DNA of 64,000 nt, from NCBI GenBank assembly GCA_048128005.1, contig JBEUKZ010000078.1, positions 310,001-374,000 of the forward strand, written 5' to 3'. Positions within the stretch are counted from its first letter, which is position 1. Each line of letters opens with the position of its first letter. Position numbers and translations under genes: made by a program. The notes beneath the pieces are model-generated. The model worked only from the letters and a program-made list of their open reading frames with translations. It was not told the DNA's origin and searched no databases. This document shows positions 37,818 through 51,278 of the stretch, piece after piece. Source of the stretch: Veleropilina oligotropha. Its lineage: Eukaryota.

Positions 37818-40800
37818 AAATGTGTCACGCTTTTGTGGCTGCACCTCAAATGACCTCTGATGAAAAATTGAAATACCACTATGTCAAGATCACCTGCACA
37901 TATCAAGTTTGACATACGGACATATGAAGTGTATATGTTTCCATATATGAAATTTGACGGCAGTTTTTCAAAAATATGCAGTTTGAAGACAACCTTTTTG
38001 CAAGTTTTGAACATTTTAGGACTATCTTAATTGCTTACGTCTGGGCGGACAAATCAGTGCCTTTTCATTGTTATCACGAGCTGAGAACACTGACTCTTGT
38101 GTAACGCCTCATTGTTTCTCACCGAACTTGTGAAGCCTGCCGGTGACCAACATACAAGCTGGGGTAGTGAATCATATCAAATGGCTTTCGCACTGTTGAC
38201 GTTTATGAGGACACTATTTATAGCCCTGCTGGCTTATTCACCTACTGAACTGCAGTCTTTTGAAAATGTGAAACAAACCGTGTCTTTGTCAACATTGAAT
38301 ATACTCCGAGAGCTGCGAATATGTAGCGTGAGGAAGACAAGAAGAGGATGTAGAAGTGGAACTGACAAACGACTATCTTCATCATGTTCAACCAAGATGT
38401 TAGCTACTACAGATAGCACTTTTAAGCTATGCGGCATGAAGGTATGTGTTCTCAATGCAAGATCGGCAAAGACTTTTGACAGTAGTACAGACAAGGCACA
38501 GACTATACGCGCCCTGACTATGGATAATAAATTGAACATCTTGGAAATAACAGAGACTTGGTTAAGGGACGATGACAGTGACCACATTGCTATTAAAAAA
38601 AATACCCCCACCTGGATACAATCTTGTCCAGATCGCTAGACCTTCGAAACGTGGCGGTGGAATTGCCATTATTCATAGGCAGGCTATAAAGTGCAATCGA
38701 GTCAGTATACGGACTCATCAATCTTCATATGAAGTGCTTCCTGTCAGACTGGATGTTGCAAATCAGAGTGTAATCCTGGTGGTTGTGTATCGTCCACCAA
38801 GACAGGATGCTGCGTTCCTTAATGAATTTCCAAATCTGTTGGATCAATTGACAACTGTTTCTGGAAAAGTGATTTGTGGCGACTTTAACTTTCATGTTGA
38901 CAATAAGCTACATCCGGGGGCTATGAAGTTTCTGAACGTTTTGGTAACCCATGGACTTGTGCAGCATGTCAGTGAACCCACTCACGTTGGTGGACACACT
39001 CTCGACCTGATAATCTCGAGGAGTGGGGAACTAGAGATCTCAGATATACAGACTGATCATTTTGTAAAGTCGGATAATTATGGTCTCCTTTTCAAAGTGA
39101 ATATTCAAGTTCCTCGGAGGGAAAGAAAATTAATAACTTTTCGGAAATGGAGACAGATCAACTTAGACGACTTGAAACAGGACATGAACAATTCGTTGAC
39201 AGATTATGAACAATTAGGTTTGTCCGAGTCTCTCATTCTCTACAAAGACGCTACCACATCTGTAATGGACAAACATGGTCCAACCGTCAGTCGCTATGTG
39301 ACAGCACATCACAACGAGGCGTGGTACACTGATTCCATCAGGGACGAAAAACAGAAGAGATGCAAGTTGGAAAGGCAAATGAGGCGAACAGGTTTGACAG
39401 TTCATAAACAGATGCATGACACTCAAAGAAATCATGTTACAGCATTAGTGGAAAAAGCCAAGTCAGCGCACTACTCTGACGCCATTCACAATGCGTCGAA
39501 TGCTAATTACATTTTTCGTGTTTCCAATGAACTGTTATTAAAAAAAGGGTCCAAGGTCTTACCTAGTTTTTCCACTGTAGATTAGCTAGCAAATTAATTT
39601 TCTGACTATTTTCAGGAGAAGATATCACGGATAATGAGGAGGAGGATATATGCTTAATGTCCTGTATATTTACAACATCGAGGTTCAATGCAGGACATGT
39701 TCGTGTTATCGCGGGAGAAAACCCCGGTCGCCCGGGTAAACCCGCCCTCTTCGGCCAGTCGCGGACAACTGTGATTCATAACTTGAACAACTGTCAATGT
39801 CCCAGCTAGGTATTGAACCCACTACTGTTCGCATTAGCGGAATCAAGCCAGTGAAGTTAGAGTGGACACTCTTACCCACTGCGCTGCCGTAGCGGCCCAC
39901 GCCCGGGATAATGATTAGTATTACCAATACACAGATGACATTGCACATACCATACGCAAACAGGAGTGTCACTGGCGATATAACTCCACTGCGTATCTTC
40001 AGACCTACATATATGCAAGAGGTGCAAATGATCATCAAGAAAAGTGCCAGCAAGACTTGTAGTCTTGATCCAATGCCCACCTGGCTTCTAAAGGACTGTC
40101 AGGAGAAAATCGCACCACTCTTTACTCATATAGCAAATCTGTCGCTTGCCGAAGGTGAGGTGACCCCGTCTATGAAGGAAGCGCTTGTTACTCCACTCAT
40201 CAAGAAGCACAACCTGGTCCCGGACATCATAAGAACTATAGACCAGTATCGAATCTTTCATCTTTCCAAACTTGTTGAGAATTGTAGCTGTACGACTGCG
40301 GGAACATATCACATCTCATGGACTTTCTGAGACTATGCAATCTGCCTATAAGCAGGGTCATAGCACGGAGACAGCCCTGGTGCGGGTACAAATTGATCTT
40401 CTGCAGGCAGTTGTTAGTGATGGTGGTGCTCTGTTAGTGCTACTTGATCTTTCGGCCGCTTTTGACACGGTTGATCACAAAGTGCTGTTGGACATATTGG
40501 AAACAAGACTGTGTGTGACAGGACTCGCTCTAGCATGGATCCGTTCCTACCTTACCGGGCGACACCAGTCAGTATGTATAGATGGATGTGTCTGACCGGG
40601 TAGAGTTGCGGTATGGCGTACCTCAAAGTTCGGTACTCGGACCAGTTATTTCCACAGTTTACACAATGCCACTCGGAGACATCGTTAGAGCGCATGGTCT
40701 AAACTTTCATCTGTACTCTGACGATACACAGATCTATCTCAGTTTCAAGCCTACAATATCATCCTCAATGCAACACATATTTGAAGTTGTATCGAGATCC

Positions 40801-41682
40801 ATCACCGACATTAGAATATGGATGGCTGCCAATTTTCTAAAATTAAATGACGACAAAACAGGTTCTCGTTCTGTGTTCAAAGCAGACAAGATCAAAGTTA
40901 GCAGTGCCCAACCTTATTATTGGACAATGTGATATTAAACCAAGCAACGAGGCACGAAATTTAGGTGTTGTATTTGACTCATCACTCGGACTCGAATCCC
41001 ATGTTAATTCCATTTGCAGGCGAGCATATTACCACATCAGAAACATCAGTTTAATTCGAAAATACATAGATAAGCAGGCGACGGCTACACTCATCCAAGC
41101 GTACGTCACCTCCACACTTGATTACTGTAATGCCCTTTTGTATGGACTACCAGTCACACTGCTGAACAAACTTCAAAAGGTCCAGAATGCTGCTGCGCGA
41201 GTCGTCACCAGGACGCGTAAGTGGGAGCACATTACTCCAGTTCTTCAAGACTTGCATTGGTTGCCTATACGTCAACGTATTGAATATAAAATACTTGTGT
41301 TTGTGTTCCTGGCTATAAACAAATCTGCTCCTGAGTATCTGTCAGAGCTGGTTCAGGCGTACCAACCAACACGGGTCCTTCGTTCATGCGATCAGAACCT
41401 ACTCAAAATCAACTCGGTACGGACGAAATCTTTCGGCGGGAGATGTTTCCAGGCAACTGGTCCCAGATTGTGAAATAAGCTTCATAGTGACATCCGTGCA
41501 AGCTGTGATCTTTGTACTTTTAAGACCAAGCTAAAAACATTCCTGTTCAATGGCGCATATGGAAACTGATAAGATCTATACTCTGTCATAGACACTTTAG
41601 AATTTAGACTCATTCCAGCGCATTCGAGCAGTGTTTGCTCACTGGATATTTGCGCTACACAAATTCATATATGTATGTATGT
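37818..41682 (+). mobile_element. CR1/L2-clade LINE, copy 2, bounded by a 9-bp TSD
   Basis: TSD atcatctgc at 37809-37817 and 41683-41691; endonuclease and RT motifs as in copy 1; (atgt)n tail; a SINE is inserted at 39638. Confidence 0.92.
39638..39905 (-). mobile_element. Full-length SINE family A inserted in the LINE, 9-bp TSD
   Basis: TSD ggataatga at 39629-39637 and 39906-39914; the site is empty in copy 1 (~12420). tRNA-like head (ggcagcgcagtgg...gggttcaatacc) and (tcc)n tail. Confidence 0.9.
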
Positions 41683-42758
41683 ATCATCTGCTTCGGATAG
41701 CAACCGACCAACAGGGTCATCCAGATGTCTCCATCTCAGAGTATGGTTGGAAAGTCAAAGACAGGATAACGGTGATGGTTATGAAGACCATGTTTATGCG
41801 AAATACGTATGCAAATCACGCATAAAGACTTCTGTTATCAGCTGAGAGTGGATCATATAATTTCGTTATCTACGGCGAGCAGTTCACATTTAATAAAAGG
41901 CACGCGCTTTTTATTCAATATTGACATTTACAACATTATTTGTTTAATATATCATGAATTTTATTTTTACGTATGATAATTAATCTCTATACCATAATAA
42001 CTTTATGCAAAGAACACAATCAGAAAGTGTCAGATTAATTCTCGTTAAGCTGATTAGGATTCAGCATCTTTGACCCTGGGAAAATTAAATTACAATGAAG
42101 AACGATTGCCGCCTGTTGCTGTTAATTACATTACGTTGACTAATTAAATTATCAGTTCGTCTTCAGATTGCATTGTGGTTCCCATAAATTAAATCTCACC
42201 TCCGCATGCCACTTTTCCATTAATTAAAGTTTTATTTCGGTTTTTCAAGTTGACCTGGATTCTGCCAGAAATTGTCGAGGTCTTTCGACATTCAGGATGT
42301 CATACGTGGACTTGACAGAGACCATGATAGGGCTACTTCGCGCCTCCCGACAAGGGGACTGGATGTTGCATCTGGCATCCATTTTACAGATGACCCTTGG
42401 TGTTTTGCGTTACGACAAGCTCAACCTCGCCCGCTATCTTCCATACTACTATGTGACAATGTCAAAACTACATATCGACCACCATGAAGCAAATTCACAC
42501 TTAATGATAGGGGAATTTTCAGTCCAGATTGGCTGCAAAGATCCATTTGGCCGAATCCCCGTCGACAATACTATCAACAAGTATAACCAAACACCTGTAG
42601 GAACAAACGAGTGCAGCCACAAACTGGCAGTCGGCACCAAGTACTACATGACATCGGAACACCGGATTGCCTACCGGAGGGACATTGTGTGATGCACTGA
42701 ATCACATCTCGTTCATCCAGATCTACACTTACCTAGGATCAGAAGCCGATGTCCAGTC

Positions 42759-42860
42759 GCTTGTTGAACTCATGGATACCTGCTTGTTGAACTCATGGAT
42801 GCCTGCTTGTTGAACTCATGGATGCCTGCTTGTTGAACTCATGGATGCCTGCTGGCTGAA
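42759..42860. repeat. 23-bp minisatellite, ~4 copies
   Basis: Unit tgcttgttgaactcatggatgcc; only one unit in copy 1 (~15281). Confidence 0.9.
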
Positions 42861-44530
42861 GCTTTTAGCCCGGACATGGCAGAGGTTGTAAACTTATCAA
42901 CATTAACAGTTGCATCACCAGATGTTTTAAATGACCTAATGATGCCAACATAATTGGAGAGGAAGCATACAAATCGTTCAATAGTAGCTCGAGGCAGAGC
43001 AAGCAACTGCAGCGTTCCACGGAAAGTTGAAGAAAAGGAAACTGACAACACTTTCAGACATCAAGAAAAAAGAACGAAAATAAGGAAGGAAATAGTTCTA
43101 AAAGCTGACAGAAACTTGATTGGTCACATGCTCGTAGTTGCTGAGTGTCGATCTCTTCACATGAGTGTTGAATTATATTACCCATTGGTACCCCTACCAT
43201 GCGCCAATGCAGATTGCGCAAGAAAATAAAGCTGCTTTAGCCAGAGAGCTGGAGAAACGCTTCTTCAGCAGAAGTTATCCCAGAGCCCGGACCTGGCTGA
43301 TATTGTCACCTTATAAACATCAACAGATGTTTTAAATGACCTACTGATGATAACAGAATTGGAGAGGATGCTAGCATACAACAGCGTTCCACGAAAAGTT
43401 GAAGAAAAGGAACGAAAATAAGGGAAAGGAAAGGAAGTAGTTCTACAAGTTGACAGAAACTTATTTGGCCAAATGCTCGTAGTTGCTGAGTGTCGAGCTC
43501 TTCACATGAGTGATGTAACATGTTTTAGCTTACCCACTGGTACCCTACCATGCGCCAATGCAGTTTCCTGCAAGAAAAATAAAGTTGTTTTAGCCAGAGA
43601 GCTGGAGAAACGCTTCTTCACCAGAAGTTATCCCAGATCCATAAACAACCATTAACTGCAGGATGAGTTTGTGTCCTAAAATGAAAGGGAATGACAAGAC
43701 ATTCTCACAGCTGACAGAACTGGGCTAAGAATCAACGCATTGATGATATGGTCTTCGGTGTTTGAAAGGAAATGTCCATCAAAGATGGGGAAAGGGCAAA
43801 CATATGCTTGAACGGGGGTATTCACTTCAAGAACATTATAACGGATCATAATATCCCAGTGGAGGAAACGTCTTAGAACCTCTGCCAACGAGGCACATCT
43901 GATAAAGTTCCAATTAGAATAATGAAAGCAACCCAGACACAGATAGAACCTTCAAAACAGTACGCTGTATATCGCATGTGAAGAAGTCTGCAATGAAATC
44001 AACAATGACCAGTGGTAAGCGGTACAGAGATGAAATCCTATAAGGAAGAAGTTGACCCTCGCAGGCTGTCACACCACTCCATGTAACAGAATTGGTGTAC
44101 AAGGCAGTGGTAGTCGCTGCTGATGATACCGATGTATTGATGCTATGCCAGAGTATCGGCAAGAATATTCTATACCTCATGTATATGAAAACCAGGAAGT
44201 TTCAAAGACCAGAAAAAAGTTTCGAAAACCAGGAGGTTTCTTGATATCACCAAGGAATGCCAATCATTAGGATGTTGTGTACCTGAATCCATGATTAGCA
44301 TGCATGCATTTACAGGATGTGTACAGTTAGTGCATTCGCATGCCATGGGGAAATGGGTACCTTCAAGCTGATTCAGTCTAACAAGACATACCAGGAGGCA
44401 TTCAATAAGTTTGGAAGTTCATAGAAATTATCTGATGAGTTGTTTAAATGTCTACAAGAATTTACCTGCCGTATGTACGTACCCACTAGTATATTCCTGA
44501 ACGACAGATGTTAACATCCTTCGTCACCAA

Positions 44531-44805
44531 CTCTCGTGCCGCTTCGACAGTAAAGTGGTACGGTTGTGGATTCCGAAAATCACTGACTTGTTTCCGCTGA
44601 CGCGAACAGTAGTGGATTCGACCCCCGGCTGAGGCAACACACATTTGTTCAAGTATGACGCACAGTTGTCCGTGACTGGTCGATGAGGGCGGGTTTACCC
44701 GGGCGACCGAGATTTCCTCCCGCGATAATACGGACATGTCCTGGTTTGAACCAAACGATGGTTGGAAATATACAAGACATTAAGCATCGATCCTTTCCTT
44801 TCCTT
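44531..44805 (+). mobile_element. SINE family A with 11-bp TSD
   Basis: TSD ttcgtcaccaa at 44520-44530 and 44806-44816. Confidence 0.88.
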
Positions 44806-45578
44806 TTCGTCACCAAATCTTGCCAAACATGGTGAAGTAGATGTCAGTCAACGTCCACCCTGTGGGGATTGTTTGTTCATGCATGAAATATGGAAGTTAT
44901 GTCTACAACCTGACCCGTCTGTGCCAAATCCCAAGGACGGTGGGTGGATCACAGACGATGATGGAAAACAGACCATTAAATGGTTGCGTGGTTTATCAGT
45001 GGCCGATGTCGTACTGTGGCTGCTCTCCTACAAGTGATTGAGGTCGTTTAAAATACCAGGATCCACGTGTATCGTCAATGGAGTGAAGTGTAGAAATATG
45101 TGCAAGGTACAATACAACAGTGTACCAACAACGAGGCAGAACCGACTACAGAGCTTACCGACTCGGATTTAGGATGACGAATTACTGACTTTGTTAATTC
45201 CATCTACCGACAAGTTGAAAGCAAAGATATTTCGATAGATGTTTATATGTTTAAGTAAATGCGTGCCTTAATTTGAATTAAGTATGTGTTGATTATATAT
45301 AAACTAAGATAATAATATAATGAAATATACTTTTATAATATTATTCCTATTTGCAAACAAAATCCTATTGCTTATGTTATAAATGTTTCCAAAGTAACCT
45401 AAATATTTACCCAAGGGCATTAGAACTGTGTCAATATACAGGGAAGTATTACAGGTATATACTTCTGGTTTGTAATCTTTGCGTAGCCTATAAAAAGATA
45501 ATTGAACATTGAAGATGGTTGCATGGAAAACGCGAATTTCCGAGTTCGCTCGATAGGGGTGCGTCTGTTTAAGGGATG

Positions 45579-46394
45579 ATAATATAAGTTGTCGGACGAC
45601 GTCGCGGTGAATACGGTGGATTGAATACCTCATAAAGTTAAACCACGAGGCGCTATCGCCGAGTGGTTTAACGTTATGAGGTATTCAATCCAACGTATTT
45701 ACCAAGACGTTGTTCGACAACTTATTTATCTTGATTTTACTTCATTTCTTACCGTGAGACTTTATTAACAGAGTCCCGATTTGGTTCATAACACAAGTTT
45801 GTTATGATGGCAGCCATTTGCAAAGGAATCAACGGCTTCAGTAAGGCCGAGTTATTTCCCTTGACGGCCAGTTAGCCAATCAGAACAGAGGATTGGCGTC
45901 AACGTGGATTAAGCTTTCATATACCACGGCTGAGCCGTGGCTCACGGCCAGTTAACATAATGACGTCAGCCAATCAAAACAGACGATTCACGGCCAAATC
46001 AAGATAATATAAGTTGTCTGACGACGTCGCGGTGAATACGGTGGATTGAATACCGAATAAAGTTAAACCACTCGGCGCTCCAACGTATTTACCAAGACGT
46101 TGTTTGACAACGTATTTATCTTGATTTCTTACCGTGAGGCTTGATTAACAGAGTCCCGATTTGGTTCATAACACAAATTTGTTATTTATGATGATAGCAT
46201 CCATTTGCAAACCAATCGTCAGTTTCAGTAAGGCAGAGTTATTTCCCTTGACGGCCAGTCAGCCAATCAGAACAGAGGATTGGCGTCACCGTTGGTTAAG
46301 AATCCATAAACCACGGCTGGGCGGTGTATACGGTCAGTTAAACAAAATGACGTCAGCCAATCAGAACAGAGAATTCGCGGCGAAATCAAGATAA
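45579..46394. mobile_element. Head-to-tail dimer of a long-hairpin non-autonomous element
   Basis: Monomers at ~45579-46008 and ~46004-46394; hairpin around cgaggcgctatcgccgag; ttatcttgattt is complementary to the terminal aaatcaagataa. Confidence 0.7.
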
Positions 46395-48364
46395 CTACTA
46401 TTACACAATGGCTCTTTTGTTTTGAAGAGGTTGGTATTTAGAGTGAACACCTTTTTTTCAATGACGATTCTCGTGCAGAGGTTGGTATGCTCTATATCCA
46501 CCTCCGTTCATGCAAATGGCTGTTACCTGAAAGCAATGTGAAATTGACAATAGTTCAGTCGTGAACTCCGTAATTGGCCAGAAGTGTCCTGGCTAATTGA
46601 TCCAATTATCAGTCTGGTTGAATATGAAAACATTGCACACAGAAATATATTCTAGCAAAAAATAAAATGTACAACAATAAATACGATTAACAGAAAGATT
46701 TATTTTTCTCGCACCTGAGATAGACTGATCCCATTTTTTACCGGTGCTGGAAAATTTGTATACATACGCAAATGCTAGCACACTTTGTATTCCTACGCAC
46801 GTCGTCTGCAATGTTTGGAAACAAAAATGGCGGATCGAAACATAAAAACCCCACGTACTGAGGCTAACATCTCTCTATAATATCTATATCGCACTCAACC
46901 ACGCATGTACGCTACACCCGAAACACCACACCGATGTATCATAACTATCTACAAATCTTACCATGGCTTTAAGTTTAGACCTGCAGACTATAGCTACTCC
47001 AACGCTGAAAATTCATTCTACATAGCTGACACAATTCCGTGAAAATCCCGGCAAAACACGTCCTTCGTTTGCAAATTGTCCGCTTGATGTAAACAAATTT
47101 AAATGCACCATGAAGCGTATGGCAGCAAATATGAACATAATTACAGAGCGATCGACGCTTCACAAACACTTCTGTCAGAATGTACTTAATTATGACAACA
47201 ATTTCTGGAAAATAAGTCAATGGCAGACACGCAGATCGACAGCAATAAATTATAAACAGACAACATTGCCTCTGAAAAGTGACGTCATTTCTTGTCAGTT
47301 CAATAGTTCTAGCGTTTTTAATCTACGTTATGATTTTAAATATTTAGCGTTTTGTCGACTTTTTCAATTATTAATATTTTAAAGTTACTAATGAAATTGA
47401 GTAAATATTTATTCCATAAGTACGGAACTATATTTGATTGCGTCAGAAGAACAGCTGACAGCTGGTGAGTGATTGGGCTTTTGTAATACTCGTACTCGTA
47501 CTGTATGCAAGGTAAACAAATATCGAAATAGCCTTAAAAAGTAACATCACCTCATGCATAGTGATAGTTCGAGCTTTTTATTACCCTATGCTATGAATTT
47601 AAATATTTTACAATTATTATTATTTAATAATACTAAAGAATTGAATAAATATTTATTCCATAAGTACGTAATTATATTCGATTACGTCGGAAGAACTACT
47701 GGTGAGTGATTGGGTTATTTGAATACGCAAGTTAAAGACATATCAAAATAACTTTTTCAAGCTTTTTGAGGTGAGAGAAAAATAATCAAGCCCCACATTT
47801 GAGTTCCAGATTTGTTGCATCATCCCACCCTCGACTGATATTTCTCTATCTGGAACTCAATGTGGTGCTTGATTCTATTATTCTCTGACTAACATATTAA
47901 TAATATTTATGGATAGCGCCTGGAAAGTCGTCAATAGTTAATGCGCTCGAAAATGCATATCCTGCAATTGGATTTTGTACAACAATCTGAACACTGCACC
48001 ATCGAAGCTCATCAGATGAAACCACATAACTATGCAGGTGGCCGGTTAATTTTCAAGATTTATAATGCTAACTTATATTCGTATATAAATAAATGCAATA
48101 AACATTATAATCAGCGCATATCAGTCTCGTACAATGTATTTACACATGTACATAAAGTTACTTTGTTTGAAAAAGATCGCAATCTACTGCATTAACAGAT
48201 ATTATCATTCTGAAACATACCAAATGTTATCATGGAAAGAAGACTTGGTATATCTGAAGATCGTTAACCGGATGTCAAAATTACGGTATCGGAAATGATC
48301 ATCGTGCAACTAAATTTTGTTCAACAATCTTAACGTACATTGCGCCATCGAGGCGCCGCAGATA

Positions 48365-49580
48365 AACCAAGAGCAATCAGAGGAGATTGCAAACCCTCGC
48401 CACGGGCCAAGGTAGACGATGGTGAAAGTCAGAAATGTCTACGATCAACATTTCTAAACATGAATTACAATCATAAAATGTAATCACAAATTATAAAATA
48501 ATAAGGAATAACAAAATTTAAATAAAAATATAAAAAATATTTTGGAGGTAACGAGAGTCGAACCCCTGACCTCTAGCCAACGCCTTAACCGTTTGCGCTA
48601 TACAGACAGTCTAATTACAACCGCTAATTTAGGCCATTTATATTTGGTGTTAGAATTTTGTATTTGCAAATTTTGCGGAAGTTAACTCGCAATAACTCAA
48701 TATAGTTACTAAAGCGATATACCTGAAATTTTCAAGAAAGATATATTACGGTAATCTTGCTTAATGGTGTGAATTATATCACGGCGTTAGCAGTATTTAA
48801 ACAGCTATCACAAATATCGCAACGATATATTACGGTAATCTTGCTTATTGGTGTAAATTATATCATGGCGTTAGCAGTATTTAAAGAGCTATCACAAATA
48901 TCGCAACGTCTCGACGATTTTGACTTCGGAACCAAAGGTATTGCTACAAATTCGCCCAAATACATAAGGTATATCGATAAGAGTTGTAGATAATGTCCCA
49001 CTCTATCACTTGGTAAAATTTGCGGTGTCTGTTTTCAGTGGTTACAGATTTATGGCATTTATTTGCAATTTTCTTTGGTTGATTTCTAAAATGCTTATAA
49101 AGTTCATATTTCACATTAATTTCTAAATTTTTTTGCTGATATCAATATAATTTCATCATGACTGATTTGCATAACGAATTTACATAATTTAATTCGAGTT
49201 GGCTAAATTAGAACTTGACCCCCTATTTTTAAAATTTTAAATCCCCCTGGCGGCCATCTTGTGCGAGATAGATTTTATATAATTCATGTTGTCATTGGCC
49301 CCTGATCTAAAGAACATTTTGAGCCTATTTTGAAGTTTGTACGATGAAGCGTTTTAAAGCTACAGCCGAAAACCTGTAAACCGGATATTACGTCATAAAA
49401 TCCGAACCCGGATAACAATCCAGACCATCTCCGATGAGGACCGAGCCAGAGAGAAACCCTACCTTGTGTACACATTTCAAGTAAATCGGATCAATAGTTT
49501 TCGAGTTATGCGAATGGACATACATACATACAGAGCCGATTGCAATACCCTCGCCTCCGGAGCAAAAAACTCTGCGAGCT
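48365..49580 (+). mobile_element. HINE-like element
   Basis: Subterminal repeat gattgcaa(t)accctcgcc near both ends, (cata)n microsatellite near the 3' end, and an internal 84-bp tandem duplication at 48740-48907. Confidence 0.55.
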
Positions 49581-50964
49581 TCCGGGTGCATACTATGCGT
49601 ATCCAATAGAAAGAGTTCCCAAATAATAGTTTACAGGATACCTTCCTTATTCAAACTGCCAGACACGTTAGTATTATGTATTATGGAGTCTTTAACGGCT
49701 ACCTCCAGTTGTTGATGTTGCGATTCTTCTACCAAATTCAGTACTTGCCATAGGATCTAGTCGTAGTACCGACCTTCTGCCGACATTTTGAATAGGAATC
49801 ACATTCTTCATTTGCCCGCAAAGCATGATTTTTTTAAAAGCCAATTACTTCGTGATCATGCAGTGTATGTTAAGTGGTCGGATTAATTGATTGGATAAAA
49901 TAATGTAACGCCTAATGACCCGTAATAGGAGTATCTTACAAAAATGTTATAAATTGAGTATATTGGTATAGTATAATTCACATATAATTAAAGTGTTCAT
50001 GCTATTGGCGTTTTGTTATGTTACACAACGAAGTTGTGAGCCGTTGTGCAAGTCAGTTACCGGCCTCGTTAGTCGGTGTTCAGGGATTTGAAAGACCTGC
50101 TTACGTGCGGTAACGCCGAGATCCACGAACAGTATTTAAAGAGCTATCACAAATATCGCAACGTCTCGACGATTTTGACTTCGGAACCAAAGGTATTGCT
50201 ACAAATTCGCCCAAATACATAAGGTATATCGATAAGAGTTGTAGATAATGTCCCACTCTATCACTTGGTAAAATTTGCGGTGTCTGTTTTCAGTGGTTAC
50301 AGATTTATGGCATTTATTTGCAATTTTCTTTGGTTGATTTCTAAAATGCTTATAAAGTTCATATTTCACATTAATTTCTAAATTTTTTTGCTGATATCAA
50401 TATAATTTCATCATGACTGATTTGCATAACGAATTTACATAATTTAATTCGAGTTGGCTAAATTAGAACTTGACCCCCTATTTTTAAAATTTTAAATCCC
50501 CCTGGCGGCCATCTTGTGCGAGATAGATTTTATATAATTCATGTTGTCATTGGCCCCTGATCTAAAGAACATTTTGAGCCTATTTTGAAGTTTGTACGAT
50601 GAAGCGTTTTAAAGCTACAGCCGAAAACCTGTAAACCGGATATTACGTCATAAAATCCGAACCCGGATAACAATCCAGACCATCTCCGATCATGCAGTGT
50701 ATGTTAAGTGGTCGGATTAATTGATTGGATAAAATAATGTAACGCCTAATGACCCGTAATAGGAGTATCTTACAAAAATGTTATAAATTGAGTATATTGG
50801 TATAGTATAATTCACATATAATTAAAGTGTTCATGCTATTGGCGTTTTGTTATGTTACACAACGAAGTTGTGAGCCGTTGTGCAAGTCAGTTACCGGCCT
50901 CGTTAATCGGTGTTCAGGGATTTGAAAGACCTGCTTACGTGCGGTAACGCCGAGATCCACGAAC
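48875..50964. repeat. Near-identical local duplication (X-Y-Z-X-Z pattern)
   Basis: 48875-49435 matches 50130-50690, and 49854-50130 matches 50688-50964. Confidence 0.9.
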
Positions 50965-51278
50965 ACCTCCAACTCGACCAGAAACCAATACATAAGCTAC
51001 CACCCTGCAAGGGTTATCATATCAAAAGATGATATATTAGGCATGTCAAACAATAACAAAATAGCAATCAGAATTAGATCTTTTCCTTTATACGACCCCA
51101 AATTTTGAAATTTTCAAATTATAGATTGGAATAATAATACCAAATTTTTATTCATACATAACAATATAAGTATGCTACCTTACTGTTTGATACATGAAAT
51201 AAAGATCCATATATGTTATTCTCAAGTAGAAAGCTATTTTACTTGACGAGCAGAAACCACGCAACTGTGCTCCAACTA

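Larger units (their letters stand above)
42270..45180 (+). pseudogene. AcademX DNA transposon remnant, copy 2, extending to the Cys-rich C-terminus
   Basis: LLRASRQGDWMLHLAS, YDKLNLARYLPYYY, DDTDVLML, HAFTGC..VSAF (XPG-like GCD region), QRPPCGDCLFMH, and a CTCIVNGVKC-like Cys cluster. Confidence 0.8.
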
